DNA of 64,000 bases from an uncultured Rickettsiales bacterium. Its GTDB lineage: Bacteria; Myxococcota_A; UBA796; UBA9615. The notes under the pieces are model-generated. The model saw only the letters and a list, made by a program, of their open reading frames with translations, searched no databases and was not told the origin of the DNA. The DNA is taken from assembly GCA_964620495.1 (NCBI GenBank), contig CAZUHI010000040.1, positions 5,323-69,322 on the forward strand, read 5' to 3'. The position numbers and the translations under genes are program-made. Of this stretch, positions 30,840-39,753 are shown one piece after another. Position 1 is the stretch's first letter. Every line of letters begins with the position of its first letter.

Positions 30840-32860
30840 CCGCGCCTCCGGAGGGCCGCCCCGCCGAGCCCCAAGAGGGTCCCGATCGACAGCAGGAGGC
30901 CCAGGGCGCGGTCCCAGGGCCGCAGCGCGGAGTAGAGGAACTCGACGCGACGGGCGCCCGCGGGGACGTCCGCGGCGAGCAGCTCATCGGCGGACGTCGC
31001 CTCGATCCACGGGCCGTCGTCCACCCGCGCGAGCCAGCCGGGGAAGGCCATCTCCGCGATCCGCACGGCCCCCTCCCCTCGCCCCTCGGGCAGCTGTACG
31101 ACGATCCGCTCCGGCACGCGCGACCACGTCGCCTCGGGGTCCGGGGACCAGCCCGAGCCGTCGTCCCAGGACGTGTACGGCGCCGGATCCAGCCGGTCCG
31201 CGCGGTCCGTACGCCACTTCAGGCGCCAGGTCACGTGCAGCGCCTCGGAGACGGCCCGGGTCGGGGGGCGGTCCCAGCCCTTGGCGTAGCGCTCGCGCAG
31301 CGGCGGCGTCATGTACTCGGGGTACGCGCGACGGGCGAGGGCGACGCGCGCCTCGTAGTCCGACGGCGGCACCCGGGCCTGCTCCACGCGGACGAATACG
31401 CCGGGCTCCAAGGGAGCGTCCAGGTCGATCACTTCGGTGCCCCGCAGGGCGACGAGCCCGAGGCCGTCGTGGTCGCCCCACCGCGCGCCCGCGCCGAGGT
31501 ACATCGACGCGTCGGCGGCGAGCACGGCGAGGGCGACCGCCGCGAGCAGGCCCCGACGGTCCGAGCCCCACGCGTCGACGGCCGCGCCTCCGGCCATGCC
31601 CGCGAACACGGCAGCGGGCGCGAGCAGACGCCAGGGGTACTGGACGAGGCCGTAGCCCGGGACGATGTCGAGCAGGTAGGCGAACGGCCGGGTCGCGAGC
31701 ACGAAGCCGAGGCCTGCGAGGACCGCCCACCAGCGAGGGTCGGGCCCGGTCCGCGGCGAAGCGTCGACCTCGACCGGAGGCCTCCGCCACGCCAGGACCA
31801 CGAGCGCGATCCACGTCAGCCCCAGGTAGATCGGCATCCCCTGGGCCTGGCCGGCCCCCGCGGCCCGCCGGATCCCGTAGCGCTCCCAGGCCGCGCGCAC
31901 GAACCCCTCCCAGGGCGCCAACCCGTCGACGCCGACCCCGGACACCACCGGCGCGATGCGCGTGACCGACGTGTGCCGGACCTCCACCACCAGCGGCATC
32001 CACCACGCCGCCGTGGCCGCGACGGTGACGAGCCCGGTGACGACCAGCGTGCGGACGGCGGGCCGACCCCCGACCCTCCGCAGGCGCCACCCGACGGGGC
32101 CCACGAGCAGGACCGTCGCCGTGATGATCGACAGGATGTGGGTGAGCAGCAGCCCGGCCAGGCAGAGGCCGAGCACCCACGGCGCCCTGCCCTTCTCACC
32201 CCCCGCCACCTTCCACGCCGCCACGGCCGAGGGCGCGAAGAACACGAACGCCATGTGCTCCGCCACCGCCACCCGGAACGTCTGATCGACCAGGTGGTAC
32301 GGCGCGAGGACCGCCGCGGTGGCGGCGACCAGCCCCGCGGCCCGGGAGCCTCCGCACCAGCGCATCGAGGCGTAGGTGGTGAGGGCGCACCCGATCTGCC
32401 CCAGCGCCATCAGCCATGCGAGGGCCTGGACGGGGGACGCACCGAGCGCCTGGGCGGGCCACGCCGGGAGGTACGCGAGCGGTGGATAGAACTGGAGCAG
32501 CGGCACCCCCAACCCGAGGTACGGGTTCCACCGCGGGAAGAGGTCGCCGTCGAGCACGCAGCGCCACAGCGACCAGATCGACCACGTGTGATAGGTGATG
32601 TCGTGCCCCATGGAGACGCCGGGGCGGTAGTGGTCCTGGGCGGCCACGAGGCCGAGGGCCACCAGCCCAAGCACGGTGGCGGCGGCGGCGACGCGTCCTT
32701 GGGATTCCACGCGGGCGAGCCCGGCGAGCAGCAGCACGACGCCGGCCAGCGCCCCCAGCCCGAAGGCGGTCGGGGCCACCCCCATGCTCCCGCGGGTCGT
32801 CAGGAGGGCGACCCCCGCCGCCGCCGCCAGGGCGACGATCCAGGTGCGCTCGCGGCTCAC
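30836..32860 (-). CDS. GT-C-fold-like polytopic membrane protein (YfhO/'PTPS-related' membrane family-like)
   Basis: GTG at 32860 (VSRERTWIVALAAAAG...) overlaps the aminotransferase stop (GTGA). Shows HDITYHTWSIWSLW...FPRWNPYLGLGVPLLQFYPPLAY, many TM helices and a C-terminal soluble domain plus TM. The upstream part of listed ORF 30836..33712 is noise. Confidence 0.6.
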   Translation of the reverse strand: MSRERTWIVALAAAAGVALLTTRGSMGVAPTAFGLGALAGVVLLLAGLARVESQGRVAAAATVLGLVALGLVAAQDHYRPGVSMGHDITYHTWSIWSLWRCVLDGDLFPRWNPYLGLGVPLLQFYPPLAYLPAWPAQALGASPVQALAWLMALGQIGCALTTYASMRWCGGSRAAGLVAATAAVLAPYHLVDQTFRVAVAEHMAFVFFAPSAVAAWKVAGGEKGRAPWVLGLCLAGLLLTHILSIITATVLLVGPVGWRLRRVGGRPAVRTLVVTGLVTVAATAAWWMPLVVEVRHTSVTRIAPVVSGVGVDGLAPWEGFVRAAWERYGIRRAAGAGQAQGMPIYLGLTWIALVVLAWRRPPVEVDASPRTGPDPRWWAVLAGLGFVLATRPFAYLLDIVPGYGLVQYPWRLLAPAAVFAGMAGGAAVDAWGSDRRGLLAAVALAVLAADASMYLGAGARWGDHDGLGLVALRGTEVIDLDAPLEPGVFVRVEQARVPPSDYEARVALARRAYPEYMTPPLRERYAKGWDRPPTRAVSEALHVTWRLKWRTDRADRLDPAPYTSWDDGSGWSPDPEATWSRVPERIVVQLPEGRGEGAVRIAEMAFPGWLARVDDGPWIEATSADELLAADVPAGARRVEFLYSALRPWDRALGLLLSIGTLLGLGGAALRRRG

Positions 32861-33774
32861 GCGCCCGGGAACACGTCCGTCAGCCGCGCGGCGTTCGCGG
32901 CGACGAGGCGGTCCACGCCCTCGCGGAAGAGGGCCTGCACCCGTCGGGTGATGGGGCCGGGCCGCCCGTCGCCGAGCGCGCGCCCCTCCAGGCCCACCAC
33001 GGGGACGACCTCCTTGATCGACGACGTGAGGAACATCTCGTCGGCGCCGAAGAGCAGCGCGTCCCCCACGGGAGCCTCCACGACGTCCATCCCCGCCTCG
33101 CGCGCCACGATGAGGACCAGGGCCCGCGTGATCCCCGGGAGGATGTCGCCGCTCACGGGGGGGGTGGTGATGAGGCCGCCGCGGACGACGAACAGGTTCG
33201 CGGTCGTGCCCTCGCTCCAGTTGCCGTCCCCCCCGCGCAGGAGCGCGTCGAACCCGCCCTTCTCGCGCGCCTCGCGCAGGGCGAGCACGTTGGAGAGGTA
33301 GCTGCCGGACTTCACGTCCGCGGGGACGCGCCCGGTCTTCTGGGTGCTCGACTCGGGGAGCATCACGGCCACGCCGTCTCGGTGCAGACCCGGGGGCAGG
33401 TGCGGCTTGTGACGACAGAGCACGACGAGCCTGGGGTTCTGCGGCTCGGGGAACGACAGACCGCTGCCGCCCTCGCCCCGGGTGACCGTGATGCGGTAGG
33501 TCGGCTCGGCGATCCCCGAGCGCTTCGCCAGCGCGTGGACGATCTCCCAGAACCGGTCGTCGCTCCACGGCACGGGCATGTAGAGGGTCGCGGCGGAGCG
33601 CCGCAGCCGGTCGAGGTGGTCGCCCAGGAGGAAGGGCCACGTGCTGTACCCGCGCACGGTCTCGAAGACGGAGTCGGCGTACAGGAAGCCGCGGTCCGTC
33701 ACCGGCACACACGCCTGAGCGAGCGGCGTCACCTCGCCGTCGACGTACGCCAGCTCCGTGGGTTCCCGGGCCAC
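32857..33774 (-). CDS. Class IV (fold type IV) aminotransferase (BCAT / D-amino-acid AT / ADC-lyase family)
   Basis: GTG at 33774 (VAREPTELAYVDGEV...). Shows DRGFLYADSVFET, ...KSGSYLSNVLA... and EGTTANLFVV..G.LITTP....ILPGITR. Confidence 0.8.
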   Translation of the reverse strand: MAREPTELAYVDGEVTPLAQACVPVTDRGFLYADSVFETVRGYSTWPFLLGDHLDRLRRSAATLYMPVPWSDDRFWEIVHALAKRSGIAEPTYRITVTRGEGGSGLSFPEPQNPRLVVLCRHKPHLPPGLHRDGVAVMLPESSTQKTGRVPADVKSGSYLSNVLALREAREKGGFDALLRGGDGNWSEGTTANLFVVRGGLITTPPVSGDILPGITRALVLIVAREAGMDVVEAPVGDALLFGADEMFLTSSIKEVVPVVGLEGRALGDGRPGPITRRVQALFREGVDRLVAANAARLTDVFPGA

Positions 33775-33838
33775 GAGCGCATGGTACTCGCCGCCCGCGG
33801 TGCTAGGGTCCGCGGCCCCCCGCACCCGAGGCACGCTC

Positions 33839-34738
33839 ATGGTCTCCGAGATCTTCGACGCCGACCGCTGGACCCCCGTCGAGGGGTTCGACTTCACCGA
33901 CATCACGTACCACCGGGCGAGGGACCAGGGCACCGTCCGCATCGCGTTCGACCGGCCCGACGTGCTCAACGCGTTCCGTCCCCAGACCGTGGACCAGCTC
34001 TTCCGCGCCCTCGACCACGCGCGCATGTGGTCCGACGTCGGCTGCGTGCTCCTCACCGGCAACGGGCCCTCCACGAAGCACGGCAAGTGGTCGTTCTGCA
34101 GCGGCGGCGACCAGCGCATCCGCGGCAAGGACGGCTACAAGTACGCCGACGGCAGCTCCCAGGCCGACATCGACCCGGCCCGCCTCGGCCGCCTCCACAT
34201 CCTCGAGGTCCAGCGCCTCATCCGCTTCATGCCCAAGGTCGTCGTCGCCGTCGTCCCCGGCTGGGCGGTGGGCGGCGGACACTCCCTGCACGTCGTCTGC
34301 GACCTGACCATCGCGAGCGAGGAGCACGCGATCTTCAAGCAGACAGACCCGGACGTCGCCAGCTTCGATTCGGGGTACGGCTCGGCCTTGCTCGCCCGCC
34401 AAGTCGGTCAGAAGAAGGCGCGCGAGATCTTCTTCATCGGCGGGAACTACACGGCGCAGCAGGCCGCGGACATGGGCATGGTCAACGCGGTCGTGCCCCA
34501 CGCCGAGCTCGAGAACTTCGCCCTCGACTGGGGCCGCGAGATCAACAGCAAGTCCCCCACCGCCATGAGGATGCTGAAGTTCGGCTTCAACATGATCGAC
34601 GACGGCCTGGTGGGGCAGCAGCTCTTCGCCGGAGAGGCGACGCGGCTCGCGTACGGCACTCCCGAGGCCCAGGAGGGGCGCGACTCGTTCCTGGAGAAGC
34701 GACCCAAGGAGTTCCACAAGTTCCCCTGGCACTACTGA
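33839..34738 (+). CDS. menB: 1,4-dihydroxy-2-naphthoyl-CoA synthase
   Basis: ATG at 33839 (MVSEIFDADRWTPVEGF). Shows RIAFDRPDVLNAFRP, FCSGGDQRIRG..GY and a crotonase fold. The C-terminus FHKFPWHY is typical of MenB. Confidence 0.9.
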   Translation: MVSEIFDADRWTPVEGFDFTDITYHRARDQGTVRIAFDRPDVLNAFRPQTVDQLFRALDHARMWSDVGCVLLTGNGPSTKHGKWSFCSGGDQRIRGKDGYKYADGSSQADIDPARLGRLHILEVQRLIRFMPKVVVAVVPGWAVGGGHSLHVVCDLTIASEEHAIFKQTDPDVASFDSGYGSALLARQVGQKKAREIFFIGGNYTAQQAADMGMVNAVVPHAELENFALDWGREINSKSPTAMRMLKFGFNMIDDGLVGQQLFAGEATRLAYGTPEAQEGRDSFLEKRPKEFHKFPWHY

Positions 34739-34821
34739 CGGAGCGGGAGCGAGGACAAGCAAGCGCCCCAAGCGCGCGCAACGGAGCGGAGCGAAGTGGA
34801 GTCGAAGGGGTACTGCGGGGC

Positions 34822-34870
34822 CCCCGGCGAGGACTCGGCGGACGCGAAGCGAGCCGAGTCCTCGTTGGGG
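34822..34870. terminator. Strong hairpin between convergent genes (possible bidirectional terminator)
   Basis: ccccggcgaggactcggc (34822-34839) pairs with gccgagtcctcgttgggg (34853-34870). The stem is 18 bp, including two G-T/G-U positions, with a 13-nt loop. It is followed by tgctttc. Confidence 0.5.
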
Positions 34871-34875
34871 TGCTT

Positions 34876-36495
34876 TCAGGGGTAGGTGACCTCCATGGTG
34901 TAGTCGGCGCCCTGGGGTCCGCCGGGGTCGTCCTTGAGCTGGAGCAGGACGAAGTAGAAGCCGAGCTCGTCGGACGTCCACGACACCGTCTCGAGGGGGC
35001 CGTCCGTCTCGGAGGCGTCGAGCACGCTGCCGTCGGGGTGCAGCAGGTACACGTCGATGTCGCCGTCGGCGGGGTCGAAGGCCACGTCCACGGTGAGGGT
35101 CTCGCCGATCCACAGCAGCCGCGAGTACCAGTCGTCGTCGGTCGGGCAGATGTTGAGATCGACGTACGAGCCCGGCGCGACGCCGATGGCCTCCTGCTCC
35201 TGATCGTTCGGCTCCTGGATGTCCGGCCAGCACTGCGTCGTGCTCGCCCCGCCCCACGTGAGGGAGTACGGCACGCCCATGCCGACGCCCGCCTCGGTCG
35301 CGAGGGTGACCTTGGCGAAGTAGGCCTCGAAGACGGGCGCCGTGAAGGTGCCCACGGCCTGCCCCTCGCTCGTCGCGATGGCGCCGACCTCCGTCCCCCA
35401 GCGGTCGTACATGAGCATGTCGAGGTCGCCTTCGGCGGGGTCCCAGTCGATCGTGACCTCGATCGCCGCGCCGGCGTCCGAGTAGCTCTTGTACCAATCG
35501 GTGTCCGTCGCGCACGCGTGCAGGCCCGGGTAGGACTCCTGGATCACGGGCGACGACCAGTCCTGTCGGTCGTTGTACTCGAACATGTCCGTGGGGCAGC
35601 CGTCGGCCCACGTCTGGCGGATCTCCAGGTCGTAGACGTTGCCGTAGTACTCGCCGCGCTCCACCGCCGTCACCACCTCGATGCCGTACGCCCCCTCGGA
35701 CGGCTCGGGCGGGAAGTCGTAGACGACGTACTCCGCCGCGTCGGTGGTCCTGGACTCGCGCAGCAGGTTGCCGTCCCAGTCGTAGAAGGCGAGGTCCAGA
35801 TCGCCCTCGTCGGGGTCGTGGCGCAGCCAGATCTCGAGGCGCTCGCCCGCGAAGCGCGTGGTCTCGAACCAGTCCGGCGAGATGGGACAGACGAAGTAGT
35901 TCCACCACAGGTTCGGGTGGATGTGCGACGCGTGCTGGAGGTCGTCGTTGGGCTCTCGGGGGTCGTCCAGGCAGAAGTCGACGGGCTGATGACCGACGTC
36001 GAGCATGTACTCGACCCCGTCCTCGAGCGTGACCTCCTCCACCGGGGCCACCACGACGTAGTGGAGCCCGGACTCGACCGCGGTGAACTCGAGGCGCTCG
36101 TCCTCGTCGACGTTCGCGGACGACGCCACCAGCGCGCCGTCCGGGTCGTAGAGATACAGGTCCACGTCGCCGCCGCCCGTCCCCGCCGTGAACCACAGCT
36201 GCACGAGCAGGACGTCGAAGGCGTCCATGTGCATCGAGTACCAGTCCTCGTCGCCGTCGCAGGCGCGCAGGCCCGGGTAGCTCTGGGAGTGGATGCCCGC
36301 GGCCGCCTCGAGATCGTCGTTGGGCTCGAGCTCGTCGGTGCACGAGTCGTCCACCGCGTCGTCGTCGTCCACGGCGTCGTCGTCGTCCGCGGCCTCCGGA
36401 GTGGGGGCGGGCGACGCCTCGGTGTCGGCCGGACCGGTGTCGCTGCACCCCAGCAGGGCGGCACAGAGCAACACGACGCGCAGGCGAGCGACCAT
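34876..36495 (-). CDS. Lipoprotein with four tandem PPC (pre-peptidase C-terminal)-like domains
   Basis: ATG at 36495 gives MVARLRVVLLCAALLGCS, followed by a poly-Asp tether. Four repeats each open with E(P/Y)ND......Y.GL.(A)C...D.DWY and contain GD(L/V/I)D(L/M/V)(Y/M)(L/F/Y)YD. Confidence 0.75.
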   Translation of the reverse strand: MVARLRVVLLCAALLGCSDTGPADTEASPAPTPEAADDDDAVDDDDAVDDSCTDELEPNDDLEAAAGIHSQSYPGLRACDGDEDWYSMHMDAFDVLLVQLWFTAGTGGGDVDLYLYDPDGALVASSANVDEDERLEFTAVESGLHYVVVAPVEEVTLEDGVEYMLDVGHQPVDFCLDDPREPNDDLQHASHIHPNLWWNYFVCPISPDWFETTRFAGERLEIWLRHDPDEGDLDLAFYDWDGNLLRESRTTDAAEYVVYDFPPEPSEGAYGIEVVTAVERGEYYGNVYDLEIRQTWADGCPTDMFEYNDRQDWSSPVIQESYPGLHACATDTDWYKSYSDAGAAIEVTIDWDPAEGDLDMLMYDRWGTEVGAIATSEGQAVGTFTAPVFEAYFAKVTLATEAGVGMGVPYSLTWGGASTTQCWPDIQEPNDQEQEAIGVAPGSYVDLNICPTDDDWYSRLLWIGETLTVDVAFDPADGDIDVYLLHPDGSVLDASETDGPLETVSWTSDELGFYFVLLQLKDDPGGPQGADYTMEVTYP

Positions 36496-36607
36496 GGCTC
36501 CGTCAGGGTACCCCCCGGGCGACACGAGGCGGCAGGGTTCCCCAGGTCTCGGTTGCCCCGAGGGCGCCTCCTGCGGTCTATTCCCGGCCCCGCCCGAGGT
36601 ACGCCGC

Positions 36608-38203
36608 ATGTCGAAGAATCAGCCCTGGCCCGCCAAGGAAGCCACCGCCCTGCTCAAGCACCTCGAGAAGGTGGGCGGCGACGGCCCGGTGTTCTTCGAG
36701 ACCGGCTACGGCCCCTCGGGGCTGCCTCACATCGGCACGTTCGCGGAGGTCGCGCGCACGACGTTCATCCGCCGCGCCTTCGAGCGCGTCTCGGACCGGC
36801 CGACCACGCTCATCGCCTTCAGCGACGACACCGACGGCCTGCGCAAGGTGCCGCTGAACATCCCGAACAAGGAGCTCGTGGAGCCGCACCTGGGCAAGCC
36901 GCTGTGCGACATCCCGGACCCGTTCGGCACCGACGCGTCCTTCTCCGCCCACATGAACCGGCGGCTGCGGGAGTTCCTGGACTCGTTCGGGTTCGACTAC
37001 GACTTCCGCAGCTCGGCCGAGATGTACCGCACGGGCGTCTTCAACGACACGCTCCGCCTGCTGCTCCAGAAGCACGACGCGGTCCTCGACATCATCCTGC
37101 CGACCCTGCGCCCCGAGTCCCGCGAGGGCTGGTCGGCGTTCATGGTCATCTGCGAGGGCTGCGGGCGGAACCTCACGACCACCACCACCGGCTACCACCC
37201 CGAGTCGGACGAGCTCTCCTACAGCTGCGACGGATCGCGCTCCAAGGGCCTGCCGTCGTGCGGTCACGCGGGCCGCACGTCCGTCCTGGACGGTCGCGTG
37301 AAGGTCGGCTGGAAGGTCGACTGGGCGCTGCGTTGGTTCACGTTCGGCGTGCACTACGAGATGTACGGCAAGGACCTGATCGAGTCGGCCCAGCTCAGCG
37401 CGCGCATCGTCCGCGCCCTCGGCGGGACGCCTCCGATCGGCCTCTTCTACGAGATGTTCCTGGACGAAGACGGCAAGAAGATCAGCAAGTCGGTGGGCAA
37501 GGGGATCAGCGTCGATCGCTGGAAGTCCTACGCGCCGGTCGAGTCGCTGCTCGCGTTCCTCTACCAGAACCCCCGCAAGGCGAAGCGGCTGCACTACGGG
37601 ACGATCCCGCAGTTCACGGACCAGTACCTCAAGGAGCTGAGCCGGTGGACGAGCCAGGACGCGGACGAGCGGTTCTGGAACCCGTCGTTCTTCTACTTCG
37701 CGGACGAGGCGTCGCGCCCCACGTGGGACGTGCCGATCACCTACGGGCTCGTGAAGAACATGGTCGCGTGCATGGGCGAGGACGACCCCGACGTCGTGCG
37801 CGGGTACCTGAAGCGGTACGACGCGCGGGTCGGCGACGCGGCTCACGCGCCCCTGGCGGAGGCCCTCGTCTCCGGGGCGATGGCGTTCGACGCCGAGTTC
37901 GAGGCACCCAACCGACACAAGCAGGCGCCGCCTTCGGAGATGGCGCCGATCGTCGCCAAGCTGGCCGACGCGCTCCTGTCGCACCAGAGCCTCGACGCCG
38001 AGGAGGTGCAGGGGTTGGTCTTCTCCACCGCGCGCGCGCACGAGGTGGAGCCGAAGGATCTTTTCAAGACGCTCTATCAGGGCCTGATCGGGCAGAATCG
38101 CGGCCCGCGGTTCGGGGGCTTCACCCTCGCCATGGGCGTCGAACGCATGGCGGCCACCCTGCGGGAGCTGGCCGCGAACCCCGCACCGCCGAGCGAAGAA
38201 TGA
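36608..38203 (+). CDS. lysK: Lysyl-tRNA synthetase, class I
   Basis: ATG at 36608. HIGH motif (PSGLPHIGTFAE), KMSKS motif (KKISKSVGKG) and an overall class I LysRS layout. The 5' part of listed ORF 36293..38203 is not coding. Confidence 0.9.
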   Translation: MSKNQPWPAKEATALLKHLEKVGGDGPVFFETGYGPSGLPHIGTFAEVARTTFIRRAFERVSDRPTTLIAFSDDTDGLRKVPLNIPNKELVEPHLGKPLCDIPDPFGTDASFSAHMNRRLREFLDSFGFDYDFRSSAEMYRTGVFNDTLRLLLQKHDAVLDIILPTLRPESREGWSAFMVICEGCGRNLTTTTTGYHPESDELSYSCDGSRSKGLPSCGHAGRTSVLDGRVKVGWKVDWALRWFTFGVHYEMYGKDLIESAQLSARIVRALGGTPPIGLFYEMFLDEDGKKISKSVGKGISVDRWKSYAPVESLLAFLYQNPRKAKRLHYGTIPQFTDQYLKELSRWTSQDADERFWNPSFFYFADEASRPTWDVPITYGLVKNMVACMGEDDPDVVRGYLKRYDARVGDAAHAPLAEALVSGAMAFDAEFEAPNRHKQAPPSEMAPIVAKLADALLSHQSLDAEEVQGLVFSTARAHEVEPKDLFKTLYQGLIGQNRGPRFGGFTLAMGVERMAATLRELAANPAPPSEE

Positions 38204-39579
38204 ACGTGAACCTCCTCTCCTCCGAGTCCGCGCCGATGACGTCTCCGATCCCGACCCCCGAACAGGTCCACGCTCACGCGATCCGCACGCTGTCGAAGCA
38301 CATGACGATGGACCGCTTCGACCTGCTGGTGGACCTCGACGCGTCGCGGGGGGCGCGGCTGCGGACCGTCCGCGGGAGGGAGCTGTTGGACTGCTACACG
38401 TGCTTCGCGAGCCTGCCGCTGGGCTGGAACCACCCGGACCTCGCGAACGAGGCCTTCGAGGCGAAGCTCGGGCGCGCCGGGGTCAACAAGCCCGCGCTGT
38501 CGGACATCTTCACGCCCGAGGTGCCGGCGTTCGTCGACGCCTTCTATCGCGTCGGGATCAAGGGCGACTACCCGTGGATCTTCCTCATCTCCGGCGGCGC
38601 GCTCGCCGTGGAGAACGCCCTCAAGGCCGCGTTCGACTGGAAGGTGCGCAAGAACATCGCCGCGGGGCGCGGTGAAAAGGGCGGCAAGATCCTGCACTTC
38701 AAGGAGTGCTTCCACGGCCGGACCGGCTACACGATGTCCCTCACGGACTCGCCCGATCCGCGCAAGACGATGTACTACCCGAAGTTCGACTGGCCCCGGG
38801 TCCACAACCCGAAGCTGCGCTTCCCGCTCACGGACGCCGTCCTCGAGGACGTGATCGCCTCCGAGGAGCGGTCGGTCGCCGAGATGGAGGCGGCCTTCGC
38901 GGCCCACCCCCACGAGATCGCGGGGATCATCATCGAGCCCATCCAGGGCGAGGGCGGCGACAACCACTTCCGCCCCGAGTTCTTCGCGGAGCTGCGCCGC
39001 CTGGCGGACGAGCACGAGGCGCTCCTGATCTGCGACGAGGTCCAGACGGGCATCGGTCAGACCGGCAAGTTCTGGTGCCACGAGCACATGAGCGTGGAGC
39101 CCGACATCGTGTGCTGGGGCAAGAAGACGCAGGTCTGCGGCATCCACGCGGGCCCGCGCCTGAACGAGGTCGAGCGGAACGTGTTCGTGGAGAGCAGCCG
39201 CATCAACTCGACCTTCGGCGGGAACCTCGTGGACCTCGTGCGCTTCACGAAGGTGCTCGAGGTCATCGAGCGCGACGGCCTGGTCGCGCAGACGGCGGAC
39301 GTGGGCGAGTACTTCAAGGGCAAGCTCGAGGCGCTCGCGGCGAACTACCCGGACGTGCTCAGCAACGTGCGCGGGCGCGGCACCTTCCTGGCCGTGGACC
39401 TGAAGGACGGCGACGCCCGCGGGGCCGCCCACAAGACGTGCATGGAGAACGGGCTGATGCTCCTCACGTCGGGCCACCGGAGCCTGCGGTTCCGCCCGGC
39501 GCTCACGTTCACGCGCGAGAACGTCGACGAGGCGATGGACCTCTTCACCCGGGGCATCCGCGCGGCCGCCGACGCCTAG
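38200..39579 (+). CDS. lat: L-lysine 6-(epsilon)-aminotransferase-like class III aminotransferase
   Basis: ATG at 38200 overlaps the lysK stop (ATGA). Shows IIEPIQGEGG, LICDEVQTGIGQTGKFW and a WGKK (Lys) region. The N-terminal half (LLVDLDASRGARL...LDCYTCFASLPLGWNHP) resembles actinobacterial LAT as I recall it. Confidence 0.75.
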   Translation: MNVNLLSSESAPMTSPIPTPEQVHAHAIRTLSKHMTMDRFDLLVDLDASRGARLRTVRGRELLDCYTCFASLPLGWNHPDLANEAFEAKLGRAGVNKPALSDIFTPEVPAFVDAFYRVGIKGDYPWIFLISGGALAVENALKAAFDWKVRKNIAAGRGEKGGKILHFKECFHGRTGYTMSLTDSPDPRKTMYYPKFDWPRVHNPKLRFPLTDAVLEDVIASEERSVAEMEAAFAAHPHEIAGIIIEPIQGEGGDNHFRPEFFAELRRLADEHEALLICDEVQTGIGQTGKFWCHEHMSVEPDIVCWGKKTQVCGIHAGPRLNEVERNVFVESSRINSTFGGNLVDLVRFTKVLEVIERDGLVAQTADVGEYFKGKLEALAANYPDVLSNVRGRGTFLAVDLKDGDARGAAHKTCMENGLMLLTSGHRSLRFRPALTFTRENVDEAMDLFTRGIRAAADA

Positions 39580-39590
39580 ATGGTGGGCAT

Positions 39591-39753
39591 CTAGTACGCC
39601 CGGCCCGAAGTCCTGACCGGGTTGGACGCCGGACCGGGCGCTGAGCGCGAGGCGCGACGAGGAAGCGTGCCGAGGCACGCGAAGAGGAGGAACGAAGCGG
39701 TCGGCGTCAGGGACAAGTTCATCCCGGTCAGGACAAGCGGTCGGGTGTACTAG
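39591..39753. repeat. 163-bp near-perfect palindromic element (MITE-like or large hairpin/terminator) with 31-bp imperfect terminal inverted repeats ending in CTAG
   Basis: Left arm is ctagtacgcccggcccgaagtcctgaccggg (39591-39621). The reverse complement of the right arm (39723-39753) is ctagtacacccgaccgcttgtcctgaccggg, matching 25 of 31 positions; two of the mismatches are G-T. Further inner pairing: gacgccggaccg with cggtcggcgtc. The central palindrome is gcgtgccgaggcacgc. Confidence 0.6.

Noticed and set aside
33758-33838. The upstream extension of menB suggested by the listed ORF start at 33758.
   Set aside because: The extension (MGSRATSAWYSPPAVLGSAAPRTRGTL) is not MenB-like. The ATG at 33839 gives a canonical MenB N-terminus.
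33838-33841. A CATG where a minus-strand ATG (33840) for the class IV aminotransferase would overlap the menB ATG (33839).
   Set aside because: It would leave no promoter space for two divergent genes. It would also add 22 non-conserved residues. The GTG at 33774 gives the usual N-terminal length for this family.
34739-34875. A possible second copy of the 39591-39753 palindromic element in the menB downstream spacer.
   Set aside because: Only short shared words (aggacaagc, cgaagcg) were found. The terminal inverted repeats are not shared. I treat it simply as a hairpin terminator region.
33382-39579. 2065-aa ORF on the + strand.
   Set aside because: Only the last 459 codons (from ATG 38200) read as a real protein, a class III aminotransferase. 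The upstream part overlaps menB, the PPC lipoprotein gene (antisense) and lysK in other frames, and is Arg-rich noise.
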